Source of the DNA: Clostridia bacterium
GTDB taxonomy: Bacteria; Bacillota; Clostridia; Oscillospirales; CAG-272
Length of the DNA: 64,000 nucleotides
Assembly: GCA_017467085.1 (NCBI GenBank)
Contig: JAFTSW010000062.1
Coordinates: 4,669 to 68,668 of the forward strand
Reading direction: 5' to 3'
In this document: positions 10,268-18,964 of the stretch, in pieces
Layout: the number at the start of each line of letters is the position of its first letter
Position numbering within the stretch: the first letter of the stretch is position 1
The notes under the pieces: model-generated
Told to the model about the DNA's origin: nothing
Databases searched by the model: none
Seen by the model: the letters and a program-made list of their open reading frames with translations, nothing else
Made by a program: the position numbers and the translations under genes

Positions 10268-10312
10268 TTTGTTATCATTTACGGCATTGACCGATAGAAT
10301 AAGGAGTAGAAT

Positions 10313-12718
10313 ATGTATCAGGTATTAAAGAGAGACGGTAAAATTGTAGACTTTACCCTGGACAAAATTTCTGCCGCCATCCGTATGGCGTTTGAAGCAC
10401 AGGAAAAGCAGTATCACCCCAGCGTGATTGATTTCCTTGCCTTGAAGGTAACCGCAGAATTTGAGCCCAAGGTGAAGGAGGGCTTGATTGCCGTCGAGGA
10501 CATCCAGGACTCCGTAGAGTCCGTTCTGGTGCAGGCTGGCTATGCAGACGTAGCAAAGGCATACATTCTGTACCGCCGTCAGCGCGAGAAGCTGCGTAAC
10601 GTAGAAAGCACCACGCTGGACTACAAGAAATTGGTAGACAGCTATCTGAAGGTAATGGACTGGCGCGTGAAGGAAAACTCCACCGTCACCTATTCCGTAG
10701 GCGGCTTGATTCTGTCCAACTCGGGCGCCATCACCGCAAACTACTGGCTTTCCGAGGTGTATGACGATGAAATCGCCAACGCCCACAGAAATGCCGACAT
10801 CCATCTGCACGACCTGTCTATGCTGACGGGCTATTGCGCAGGCTGGTCCTTGAAGCAGCTGATTAAGGAGGGTCTTGGCGGCGTTCCCGGTAAGATTACC
10901 TCGGCTCCCGCTTCCCACCTTGCCACCCTTTGCAACCAGATGGTTAACTTCTTGGGCATTATGCAGAACGAGTGGGCAGGCGCCCAGGCGTTCTCCTCCT
11001 TCGATACCTACCTTGCCCCCTTTGTCAAGGTGGACAACCTGAGCTATGACCAGGTAAAGAAGTGCATCGAGTCCTTCATTTACGGCGTGAACACCCCCTC
11101 CCGTTGGGGCACCCAGGCACCCTTCTCCAACATCACCTTGGACTGGACGGTGCCCGATGACTTGGCTGAGCTTCCCGCGATTGTAGGCGGCAAGGAAATG
11201 GACTTCAAGTACAAGGATTGTGCCGCTGAAATGAATATGGTTAACCGCGCCTTCATCGAAACGATGATTGAGGGCGACGCCAACGGCCGCGGCTTCCAGT
11301 ACCCCATTCCCACCTATTCCATCACCCGTGACTTCGACTGGTCCGAAACCGAGAACAACAAGCTTCTCTTCGAGATGACCGCCAAGTACGGTACCCCCTA
11401 TTTCTCCAACTACATCAATAGCGATATGGAGCCCTCCGACGTGCGCTCTATGTGCTGCCGTCTGCGCCTGGATTTGCGTGAGCTGCGCAAGAAGTCGGGC
11501 GGTTACTTCGGTAGCGGTGAGTCCACCGGCTCTATCGGCGTTGTAACCATCAATATGCCGAGAATCGCTTATCTCTCCAAGACCCCCGAGGAGTTCTACC
11601 GCCGCCTGGACCATATGATGGACATAGCGGCTCGCTCCCTGAAGGTAAAGAGAGGCGTTATCTCCAGACTCTTGGAGGAGGGACTCTATCCCTACACCCG
11701 TCGGTACCTCGGCGGCTTCGATAACCACTTCTCCACCATCGGTCTTGTGGGTATGAACGAGGTTGGTCTGAACGCTGCCTGGCTGAAGGCAGATATGACC
11801 AACGAGGCTGTGCAGGAATTCTCCAAGGAGGTTCTTGATCACATGAGAGAGCGCCTGTCCGACTACCAGGAAAAGTACGGCGACCTCTACAACCTGGAGG
11901 CAACTCCCGCAGAGTCCACCTCCTACCGCTTCGCAAAGCACGATAAGAAGCGCTTCCCCGACATCATCACCGCCTCCGAGGGCAAGACCCCCTATTACAC
12001 CAACTCCTCTCACCTGCCCGTTGGCTTTACCGAGGACGTGTTCGAGGCGCTGGACATCCAGGACGAGCTGCAGACCCGTTATACCTCGGGTACGGTATTC
12101 CACGCCTTCTTGGGCGAGAAGCTGCCTGACTGGAAGGCTGCCGCAACCCTGGTGAAGAAGATTGCCGAGAACTACAAGCTGCCCTACTACACCCTCTCTC
12201 CCACCTACTCCGTATGTAAGAACCACGGATACTTGGTCGGTGAGCAGTTCACCTGCCCCGAGTGCGGTGAAAAGACGGAGGTATACAGCCGTATCACGGG
12301 CTACTACCGTCCCGTTCAGAACTGGAATGACGGTAAGTCCCAGGAGTATAGAGATCGCCGTGTATACGACATCGCAGGCTCCTTCGGTAAGCACGCGGGC
12401 GACAAGGACTTTGATACGCCTCTGTGCGAAAGAACCCAGGATATTGGCGCTACTGCCGCTGAGGAGCAGGTTGCGGGCGAGGACCGCATTATCCTCTTCG
12501 GCACCAGAACCTGCCCCAACTGCAAAATGGCTATCACCTTCTTGAACAATGCGGGCATTGCCTTTGAGCACGTTATCGCGGACGAGAACAGAGAAATGAC
12601 CGAGCAGTTCGATATTCACCAGGCACCGACCCTGGTGGTTATCAAGAACGGCAAGATGGAGCAGTTCGTCAACCTTTCCAACATTCGCAAATACATTGAT
12701 TCTGCCGCCAAGGCGTAA
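10313..12718 (+). CDS. nrdD: Anaerobic (class III) ribonucleoside-triphosphate reductase with a C-terminal glutaredoxin/thioredoxin-like domain
   Basis: N-terminal ATP-cone-like region, CCRL finger-loop motif, CPEC zinc ribbon and glycyl-radical motif SRITGYYRP (about 12287-12313). About 135 further residues follow, ending in a CPNC thioredoxin-fold segment (12482-12715). Confidence 0.9.
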   Translation: MYQVLKRDGKIVDFTLDKISAAIRMAFEAQEKQYHPSVIDFLALKVTAEFEPKVKEGLIAVEDIQDSVESVLVQAGYADVAKAYILYRRQREKLRNVESTTLDYKKLVDSYLKVMDWRVKENSTVTYSVGGLILSNSGAITANYWLSEVYDDEIANAHRNADIHLHDLSMLTGYCAGWSLKQLIKEGLGGVPGKITSAPASHLATLCNQMVNFLGIMQNEWAGAQAFSSFDTYLAPFVKVDNLSYDQVKKCIESFIYGVNTPSRWGTQAPFSNITLDWTVPDDLAELPAIVGGKEMDFKYKDCAAEMNMVNRAFIETMIEGDANGRGFQYPIPTYSITRDFDWSETENNKLLFEMTAKYGTPYFSNYINSDMEPSDVRSMCCRLRLDLRELRKKSGGYFGSGESTGSIGVVTINMPRIAYLSKTPEEFYRRLDHMMDIAARSLKVKRGVISRLLEEGLYPYTRRYLGGFDNHFSTIGLVGMNEVGLNAAWLKADMTNEAVQEFSKEVLDHMRERLSDYQEKYGDLYNLEATPAESTSYRFAKHDKKRFPDIITASEGKTPYYTNSSHLPVGFTEDVFEALDIQDELQTRYTSGTVFHAFLGEKLPDWKAAATLVKKIAENYKLPYYTLSPTYSVCKNHGYLVGEQFTCPECGEKTEVYSRITGYYRPVQNWNDGKSQEYRDRRVYDIAGSFGKHAGDKDFDTPLCERTQDIGATAAEEQVAGEDRIILFGTRTCPNCKMAITFLNNAGIAFEHVIADENREMTEQFDIHQAPTLVVIKNGKMEQFVNLSNIRKYIDSAAKA

Positions 12719-12733
12719 AGCGGCGGCAAGCAA

Positions 12734-12770
12734 GGGGTGTCTTGCCTGGCAGGGCACCCCGCTTTTATTT
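12734..12770 (+). terminator. Rho-independent terminator after nrdD
   Basis: An 11-bp GC-rich stem (GGGGTGTCTTG / CAGGGCACCCC, including G-U pairs) followed by GCTTTTATTT. Confidence 0.7.
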
Positions 12771-12848
12771 CCCTCGGCGCCGTGGCCCTATGGGCTATAA
12801 AACGGTGGCTTTTCGGGAACAATACGGACAAACGAAAGGAAAAGACCT

Positions 12849-13757
12849 ATGGTATACGATATCGTTATTGTGGGCGCAGGCCCTGCAGGGCTCACCGCCG
12901 CTATCTATGCCTGTCGCGCGGACAAGCGTGTCCTGGTTTTGGAAAAGGCGACCTTCGGTGGGCAAATCACCTCCTCTCCCTGTGTGGAAAACTACCCCGG
13001 CTTTGTGAAAATGAGCGGCAACGAGTTTGCCGATAAGCTGTTGGAGCAGGCACTGGGCTTGGGCGCGGAGATTGAAATGGCAGAGGCAACCGCCATTAAA
13101 GAGCAGGATGGGCTCCGTGTGGTGAAGACCGACAGAGGCGACTTCACCGCCCGTGCCGTCATCCTGGCAACGGGTGCCAGACACCGCCCCTTGGGCATTG
13201 CCAACGAGGAAAAATTCGTCGGCCGTGGCATTTCCTACTGTGCGGTTTGCGACGGCGCCTTCTATCGGGACAAGGACGTTCTGATGATTGGCGGCGGCAA
13301 CTCCGCCTTGCAGGAAACCGTTCTCCTTTCCGATATGTGCAAGAGCGTCACCGTGGTGCAGAACCTGTCCTTCTTAACGGGTGAGCCCCGTCTTATCCGC
13401 AAGCTGGAGGAAAAGGAAAACGTCAAGATTATTCTTTCCCACGTGGTGGACGCCTTAGAGGGCGATACGGATTTGCGCCGCGTTGTCATTCGTCACGCCG
13501 AAACAGGGGAAAAGAAAATCCTCACCACCGACGGTATGTTCGTTTGTATCGGGCAGATGCCCGAAAACGCCGCCTTCGCCGACCGTGTGGCGGTCAATGA
13601 GGCTGGCTATATCGATGCGGGCGAGGACTGCCTGACCAAGGACAAGGCCATTTTCGTAGCAGGTGACTGCCGCACCAAGCGGGTGCGCCAGATTACCACC
13701 GCCTCGGCAGACGGTAGCGTCGCCGCCGTTGCGGCGTGCCGCTATTTGGACAATTAA
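12849..13757 (+). CDS. trxB: Thioredoxin-disulfide reductase
   Basis: 302 aa with GAGPAGLTAA FAD motif, redox-active CAVCDG and GGGNSA NADPH motif. Confidence 0.9.
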   Translation: MVYDIVIVGAGPAGLTAAIYACRADKRVLVLEKATFGGQITSSPCVENYPGFVKMSGNEFADKLLEQALGLGAEIEMAEATAIKEQDGLRVVKTDRGDFTARAVILATGARHRPLGIANEEKFVGRGISYCAVCDGAFYRDKDVLMIGGGNSALQETVLLSDMCKSVTVVQNLSFLTGEPRLIRKLEEKENVKIILSHVVDALEGDTDLRRVVIRHAETGEKKILTTDGMFVCIGQMPENAAFADRVAVNEAGYIDAGEDCLTKDKAIFVAGDCRTKRVRQITTASADGSVAAVAACRYLDN

Positions 13758-13779
13758 GGCAAAAGACGAAAAACAAAAC

Positions 13780-13809
13780 GGGCTGTCTCACGAAATAGTG
13801 AGACAGCCC
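13780..13809. terminator. Bidirectional terminator shared by trxB (+) and the phage-like cluster (-)
   Basis: Perfect 12-bp stem GGGCTGTCTCAC / GTGAGACAGCCC, with an A-rich flank on one side and a T-rich flank on the other. Confidence 0.8.
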
Positions 13810-13818
13810 CATTTTATG

Positions 13819-14730
13819 TTAAGCCTCCGCTGCCGAGGGCAAGGAGGCGGAATCAGGGAAGAGCCCCTCGGAGGGAGAGGCAGGGGCATCGCTTTTCAAG
13901 GAGGGAAGAAAATCCTTGAAATACTCCTCCAGCAAATCGCTTTGCTCCTCCAGGTAAACCGCCGTATCCTTGGCTACGTTGCAATAGCCCGCGCGGTAGC
14001 CCTTGATGCCGTTGAAAACCAGGGTGAACATCTTGGATACGTACCCCACCAGCAGGGCAGGGTTGGGGTTGACGATGATGTCGCACAGCACCGATACCGA
14101 GAAAAAGGCGGTAAAGAGAGAGGCAAAGAGATAGGGGAGAAAGCGGCGCCGCTTGGCGGCGGCAGGGGTCTTGGAAAGAGGAGGGCGGTAGCCGCCCTCC
14201 TCCCTGCTCCAAAGGAGCATAGACGGGGTAATGCGTACCTGGCGCATCCGCTTGACACGGATAAGCCCCCTTTTCTGGGCAGGGGAAAGGGTGGCGCTTG
14301 GCGCCTTTTCCGTCAAAGCCTCCTCGGATAACCCGTAAAGGGAGAGAAGGGCGCGGCGCGCCGATAGGGTTTCACGGTGGCTGACTCTCTCGCAAAAGAG
14401 CAGAAGAGAGCGCATATCTCCCTCCTCCCGAAAGCGCAGACGGAAGCGCCGCGCTCGCTCTGCCGCCTCGCAGTATTCCTTTTCCTGCTTGGCGCGGTCA
14501 GCGCCCGTTTCTGACAGGGAAAAATACATCACGTAGGAGGCAAATAACAGAATAAGAAATTGCAGGGAAAAGGAAAGCGAGGCTTGAAAGCTGACGGTGA
14601 TATCCGTAAAGAAAAGGGCAGACACCGCCAAAAAGGTAAAGACAGCGCAAACGATTCCAAGATTGGAAAGGACGCCGCGCAGCGTCCCACGCCCCTCGGC
14701 GGTGGGAAGCTCGGAAAATGGATTGGACAT
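13819..14730 (-). CDS. Membrane protein (about 4 TM with a basic cytoplasmic loop), unknown function; last gene of the phage-like cluster
   Basis: 303 aa with RBS CAGGAGG. Hydrophobic segments lie at both ends. Confidence 0.55.
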   Translation of the reverse strand: MSNPFSELPTAEGRGTLRGVLSNLGIVCAVFTFLAVSALFFTDITVSFQASLSFSLQFLILLFASYVMYFSLSETGADRAKQEKEYCEAAERARRFRLRFREEGDMRSLLLFCERVSHRETLSARRALLSLYGLSEEALTEKAPSATLSPAQKRGLIRVKRMRQVRITPSMLLWSREEGGYRPPLSKTPAAAKRRRFLPYLFASLFTAFFSVSVLCDIIVNPNPALLVGYVSKMFTLVFNGIKGYRAGYCNVAKDTAVYLEEQSDLLEEYFKDFLPSLKSDAPASPSEGLFPDSASLPSAAEA

Positions 14731-14805
14731 AAAACCTCCTGAAAGCTAAGAGAGAGGGGAGAGAGCAAGCCCCCTCCTCTCTTGCAGATGGGCTTGCCTT
14801 GGACG

Positions 14806-15147
14806 TTACGGCTTTTTCGCTTGGCGCCGCGCCAGATAAAAGCATAGGGCGCCAAGCATACTGGAGGGGAAGGCCACCAGCGCAACGGCAATCAAGCCGT
14901 CAATGATGTTGCGGAACAGGGACAGAAAGAGCCAAAGAAGGAACCAGACCATCCAGGCGGAGGGGCTTTTCAAGACCTGCTTGACCGTTTTCCAAAGGGG
15001 CAAGACCGCCAAAAGCAAAACCAGTACCCCAAAAAGAGAAAGGGCTTGGGCTCTGTCCGAGAGCCAGATGGGGAAATGCTCCAAGGAGGATACAAGGGCG
15101 GGGACGATGCAAAGCACGTAGCCCGCAATACGTAAACAAATAACCAT
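14806..15147 (-). CDS. Small polytopic membrane protein (holin-like by size and topology only)
   Basis: 113 aa with about 4 TM segments, a charged C-terminus (RRQAKKP) and RBS GGAGGA. Confidence 0.5.
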   Translation of the reverse strand: MVICLRIAGYVLCIVPALVSSLEHFPIWLSDRAQALSLFGVLVLLLAVLPLWKTVKQVLKSPSAWMVWFLLWLFLSLFRNIIDGLIAVALVAFPSSMLGALCFYLARRQAKKP

Positions 15148-15172
15148 TACAGTTGCTTATCCTCCAAGGGGA

Positions 15173-15943
15173 TTATTCGTTTTCTGCCAGGGTCCGCTCA
15201 AAGGCAAGGTAGCGCTCGGTCATCAAATCCTTCTGCGCTTGGGGCAGGTTGGCGCACTGTAACAGCCGAAACAAAAGCTCGGTTTCGGTTTGCAGGGCGG
15301 CAGAGGTCTTTTGCTTTTCCTTAACGCTGTCCGCAAGGGCGTCCTCCAAGGCGGCAAGCCGCTTTTCGGCTTCACGCAAAACGGAAAGCGCGTTCTCGGA
15401 GGCAAGGACGGCGGCGTCTGCCCCCGCCTTCAGGGTGGCGAGCTTTTCCTCTGCCACGGCGGAAAACTCCGCCGTTTTCTTGCCTGCCTTATCGGTGGCG
15501 TCGGACATAGCGGAAAGCCCTGCCCGTAAAAGGGGCAGAAGCCCCGTTTTGTAAAGTAAGGTTGGCACAATGGAGGCTAAACAAGCCAAGGCGCAGAAGA
15601 TTTTTTCGGCGTGCTCCTCCAAAAAGGCGCCAACGGCGTTCGAGAACACCGCCGAGGCTCCCTTTTCCGTGTCGGAGAGAAGGGGTGCGTCCTCTACGGG
15701 GGTGTTCCCAGCGGGCGCGTCCTCAACGGGGATATTCCCAACGGGCGCGTCCTCTACGGGGGTATTCTCCATAGAGCTTTCCGCCGCGTCCCCGTCAGCA
15801 GGGTCGCCGCCCGAGGGAAGCAAAGCCCCCTCGGCGCTATCTGTCGGGGTCAGCACGGGGGCATTCTCCTCGGCGGCAACGCCGAGGGAGAAAACCAGGG
15901 AAAAAAGCAAGAGGGTTGCCAAAAGGCATAGCGTTTTTTTCAT
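15173..15943 (-). CDS. Signal-peptide protein with a 10-aa tandem repeat, a central TM and a C-terminal coiled coil
   Basis: ATG at 15943 behind GGAGG. It starts MKKTLCLLATLLLFSLVFSLGVAA and carries the repeat PVEDAP(V/A)GN(I/T) three times. Confidence 0.6.
   Translation of the reverse strand: MKKTLCLLATLLLFSLVFSLGVAAEENAPVLTPTDSAEGALLPSGGDPADGDAAESSMENTPVEDAPVGNIPVEDAPAGNTPVEDAPLLSDTEKGASAVFSNAVGAFLEEHAEKIFCALACLASIVPTLLYKTGLLPLLRAGLSAMSDATDKAGKKTAEFSAVAEEKLATLKAGADAAVLASENALSVLREAEKRLAALEDALADSVKEKQKTSAALQTETELLFRLLQCANLPQAQKDLMTERYLAFERTLAENE
15683..15770. repeat. 30-bp coding tandem repeat, about 3 copies
   Basis: The unit GGGCGCGTCCTCNACGGGGNTNTTCCCANC is repeated head to tail. It encodes the 10-aa repeat of the 15173-15943 protein. 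Confidence 0.85.
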
Positions 15944-15969
15944 AAAATTCCTCCAAATGAGATAAAGTG

Positions 15970-16356
15970 TCAAAAAAGGGAGGCGCCAAGAAACCTGGTG
16001 GAGAGCGCCTCTATGGCTTGCTCCGCCTTTTCCAAGCGAAGCGTCAGCTCCTCCACACGGTTCAGAAGGGACAGCACCGTCTTTTCCGTAGGGAAGGAGA
16101 GGGGCTTGACTGTGGCGCCGTGGCGGTATAGACTCTGGCAGAGAAAGCGCTCTCCGCCTACACTCACCGCTACGGTGTTTTCTCCCTCCAGAAGGTCGGT
16201 GGGAGAGAGGCGAAAAACCAAGGCGCGCCTGCCCTCCTCTATGGGAGCGCCGTTCAGAAGCAGTCGCCCCTCCTTCTCCAAGCGAATATAAAAGGTGCCC
16301 CTTTGCTCCTTCTGGGAGGTGAAAATGGCAAAGCCGTCAAGCAGTTTGATATCCAT
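15970..16356 (-). CDS. Hypothetical phage-cluster protein
   Basis: ATG at 16356 lies 7 nt after AAGGAG. 128 aa with a C-terminal coiled-coil-like tail. Confidence 0.5.
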   Translation of the reverse strand: MDIKLLDGFAIFTSQKEQRGTFYIRLEKEGRLLLNGAPIEEGRRALVFRLSPTDLLEGENTVAVSVGGERFLCQSLYRHGATVKPLSFPTEKTVLSLLNRVEELTLRLEKAEQAIEALSTRFLGASLF

Positions 16357-16492
16357 TGGCATTCTCCTTTTCCTTGAGCAGCGCCTCTGCCTCTTTTTGG
16401 GTGATGGCGCCCTTGGCAACGGCATCCTTCACTCGCTTCTCGGACCAAAGCCCCGCGAGAAAATATTGGCGGATTTTTTCAAGCCTCGTCAT
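16337..16492 (-). CDS. XkdX-like small phage protein (51 aa). Not in the ORF track because it is under 60 aa.
   Basis: My own translation is MTRLEKIRQYFLAGLWSEKRVKDAVAKGAITQKEAEALLKEKENANGYQTA. It matches the remembered XkdX pattern (I..yY..GlyT...V...V.kG.IT.eEy). Its start is embedded in the end of the upstream ORF. Confidence 0.55.
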   Translation of the reverse strand: MTRLEKIRQYFLAGLWSEKRVKDAVAKGAITQKEAEALLKEKENANGYQTA

Positions 16493-16637
16493 CGTCGGCA
16501 TCCTCCTCCAAATCAATCTCTGCCATCATAGCAAGGTAATCAAGGTCTGCCGCAAGCTTAGCGTTTTGGGCGGCAAGAGCATTGTTTTTCTGCTCTGCCT
16601 CGTGTAAGGCGGCGCGTGTGTTTTTATAAATCAGCAT
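16479..16637 (-). CDS. Small coiled-coil acidic protein (52 aa)
   Basis: ATG at 16637 behind AAAGGAG. The sequence is MLIYKNTRAALHEAEQKNNALAAQNAKLAADLDYLAMMAEIDLEEDADDDEA. Confidence 0.45.
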   Translation of the reverse strand: MLIYKNTRAALHEAEQKNNALAAQNAKLAADLDYLAMMAEIDLEEDADDDEA

Positions 16638-16659
16638 AATAGCTCCTTTCTGTTGGGCG

Positions 16660-17832
16660 TCAGGCAATGACGCAAAGGGGGGCAATACCTGCCGCTACGT
16701 TGGCGGCAATGCCGGAAAGCTCGCCCTTGGCGCCCACCGCCTTGCAATGGGATAAGGTATCCACGTCCACCGAGCGCAAAAGCCAGGGAGTGGCGACGCC
16801 GTCCTTATACTTGATGCGCCCCTTGTCCTCTCCGTCGGCTGCCTGGGCGTTCTGGGAGAAAAGGCGGGAGTAGGGGTAGGGCGAGCCCTCGCTTTTCCCC
16901 TCGGCATCCTCCACCTCGGCAAAAACCTCTCCCTCGGAGGGTAAGAAGAAAAAGTCCTCGGTTTCGGTATAGGCGCCGCCAAAGAAGGGCTTGTTCTCGC
17001 GGCTGACCTTCTTAACGGGGCAAAGCACCGAGAGAAAGTCCCCGTCCAGACCGTACATAAAGCCGTTTACGTCGTAATTCCAGGCGGCGTAATGCTCAAA
17101 GGCGGTGGGACAGCCCTTGAAGATGCTGCCCTTGGCGGCGGCGCTGTTCAGGTAGGTGCGAATCAGGGAATAGCGCCAAAGGTTGTAGCCGTAGCGGATG
17201 CGCTCTGCCGAGGTGGTCTTGGAGGCAGGAATCAGGGTGCCGCTTTCCCCTGCGTATACCGACACCGTTTCAATGGGGGAGGTGGCAAAGGCAGAGGCGT
17301 AGCTGGAAAGGGGGGTATTCACTACCGTCCTTCCCACCGTCCAAGGCAGATAAAGGTGACCCCCTGCGGGGACGTCCTTGGTCAAGGTGAAGTGGTAGTA
17401 ATTCTCGCCGCCCTCCAGCAAATCCGTGGCGGAAAGGGCATTTTTACCAAAAAGGTAAAAATAATAGGTGCCTGCGGGCAGCGCGGAGGCGCAGAAATAG
17501 AGGGCGTGGGAGCAGGCAAAGGGCAAAAGCGCCAGAGGGTTATGCAGCTGCAGGGTCATAGAGTGACGGGGGGAGCCGTCGGCGTTGGAGAGCGCCTCGC
17601 TGTCAAAGCCCACCACGTCCCAAGCCAGATTTTTTCCCTCCTTCTGGCAAATCAGCTGGTCGCCGATAGACAGCACCTCCTTGGCAAGCCCCGTGCGGAC
17701 CAGCGCCTGCACGTCTGTCCAGGTGTGCAGCTCCATATACTCCTTGCGGGCTAAAATACGCAAAAGGGCGTTTTGCGTGTCCATCTTTTCCGCAAAGGTG
17801 GAGTCGGATAAAATGTTAATAAAGGTTGACAT
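16660..17832 (-). CDS. Putative receptor-binding or tail-accessory protein
   Basis: 390 aa located in the fibre region. The C-terminal PWLLRS segment recalls the DUF6273-type domains common in Firmicutes surface and phage proteins; this comes from memory only. Confidence 0.45.
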   Translation of the reverse strand: MSTFINILSDSTFAEKMDTQNALLRILARKEYMELHTWTDVQALVRTGLAKEVLSIGDQLICQKEGKNLAWDVVGFDSEALSNADGSPRHSMTLQLHNPLALLPFACSHALYFCASALPAGTYYFYLFGKNALSATDLLEGGENYYHFTLTKDVPAGGHLYLPWTVGRTVVNTPLSSYASAFATSPIETVSVYAGESGTLIPASKTTSAERIRYGYNLWRYSLIRTYLNSAAAKGSIFKGCPTAFEHYAAWNYDVNGFMYGLDGDFLSVLCPVKKVSRENKPFFGGAYTETEDFFFLPSEGEVFAEVEDAEGKSEGSPYPYSRLFSQNAQAADGEDKGRIKYKDGVATPWLLRSVDVDTLSHCKAVGAKGELSGIAANVAAGIAPLCVIA

Positions 17833-17855
17833 TCAAAAATCCTTTCTGTTGTGTG

Positions 17856-18956
17856 TTACACCTTCTCGGTGAGAAGAATACCGGGCTTACCCCCCTCTAT
17901 GGCAAGGGAGTAGGTGTAGACCCGTCCCGTTTCCTCGTCTACGAGGGTGTGGGGCGGCAGGTCAAGCAGGCGCTCCTCGATGGCCTTGACCCTTTCCGCC
18001 TTGGCAAGGGTAGCAGAGGACAGGGTCTTATGCAGGGTCAGGGTGTTGCCTGCCGAGGTAATGCCCGTGACAATGTCCCCATCTCCCTCGGCGTAGAGAA
18101 TGGTGGTCTTTACCAAATCTCCCACCCGAATGTAGATGTGGGCGGCGTCCTCCGTAGACAGGGTAAGGTCGATATACGCCTCGCCCACCCGGTAGGAGGC
18201 AACGGGAACCCCTGCCACCTCGCAGGTGCGAAGCTCCCCCTTCTTGACCACCAAGTCCTTGGGGATGTTGATGTCAAGGGAGTAGGGGGTGGGGGAGAAA
18301 TCCCCCTCTGAGGGGACGCCTTCGCCGTCATAGCATTCCAAGCGGTATACCTTGGCGTAGGCGTCCGAGGGCACCTCGGCAATGCGGAAGCGTGTGGGCA
18401 GGGACTTTCGCAGGGTGTCAAGCCCCGTTTTAGCCTCATTCTCCACCGCCAAGGTGTCGGCGGCTCTTTGGGCGTTGTCACTTTCCTGCTTTTGCGTCTG
18501 GGCGGCAAGCGCCGCCTCCTGGGCATCCAAGCGAAGGAAAAAATCCTTTTTGCCCTCCTGTAGGGCGGCAATCGTGTCGGCAAGGGCGTCAAGCTCGCTC
18601 TTGCAACGCGCAAAGAGGGAGGCAAGGGTGGTTTCTCCGTCCAAGGAGAGATAAGTGGCAAAGCGCCCTGAGGTGATGTCGGCAAAAAGCGCCTCCAAGG
18701 AATGACCCTCGATAATGCCCGTGGCAATAAGGGATGCCAGCGTTTCGCCGCTTTTCTCGTCGGTGTAAAGACCAAAGGCGTCAATCAGACGGTTGAAGCG
18801 CTCCGCTAAGAGGAAGGGGAGCTTGTCAAAGGCGGCGCGCAGCTCCTTGGCGGATAGCATCCGCCCTCCGTAGAGGGAGGGAGAGGAGGGACGGGTCGCC
18901 AAGGAAGAAACGGCGTTTTCCTCTAATTCGGCTTGTAAAATTTTGGATATACTCAT
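17856..18956 (-). CDS. Putative tail-fibre-like protein with a central coiled coil
   Basis: 366 aa with an Ala/Gln-rich heptad-like stretch (DAQEAALAAQTQKQESDNAQRAAD) and a beta-rich C-terminus. The call also rests on its position after the large tail-like gene. Confidence 0.45.
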   Translation of the reverse strand: MSISKILQAELEENAVSSLATRPSSPSLYGGRMLSAKELRAAFDKLPFLLAERFNRLIDAFGLYTDEKSGETLASLIATGIIEGHSLEALFADITSGRFATYLSLDGETTLASLFARCKSELDALADTIAALQEGKKDFFLRLDAQEAALAAQTQKQESDNAQRAADTLAVENEAKTGLDTLRKSLPTRFRIAEVPSDAYAKVYRLECYDGEGVPSEGDFSPTPYSLDINIPKDLVVKKGELRTCEVAGVPVASYRVGEAYIDLTLSTEDAAHIYIRVGDLVKTTILYAEGDGDIVTGITSAGNTLTLHKTLSSATLAKAERVKAIEERLLDLPPHTLVDEETGRVYTYSLAIEGGKPGILLTEKV

Positions 18957-18964
18957 AGTTCGTC

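Noticed and set aside
10325-12757. 810-aa ORF antisense to nrdD
   Set aside because: It exactly shadows a gene carrying unmistakable NrdD motifs. The product is low-complexity and Gly/Ala/Val/Leu-rich with no recognisable motifs. This is the typical stop-free antisense frame seen in high-GC coding DNA.
15683-15770. Checked whether the 30-bp repeats could be a CRISPR array
   Set aside because: The copies are contiguous with no spacers, in frame inside a CDS, and degenerate at wobble-like positions. They form a coding tandem repeat.
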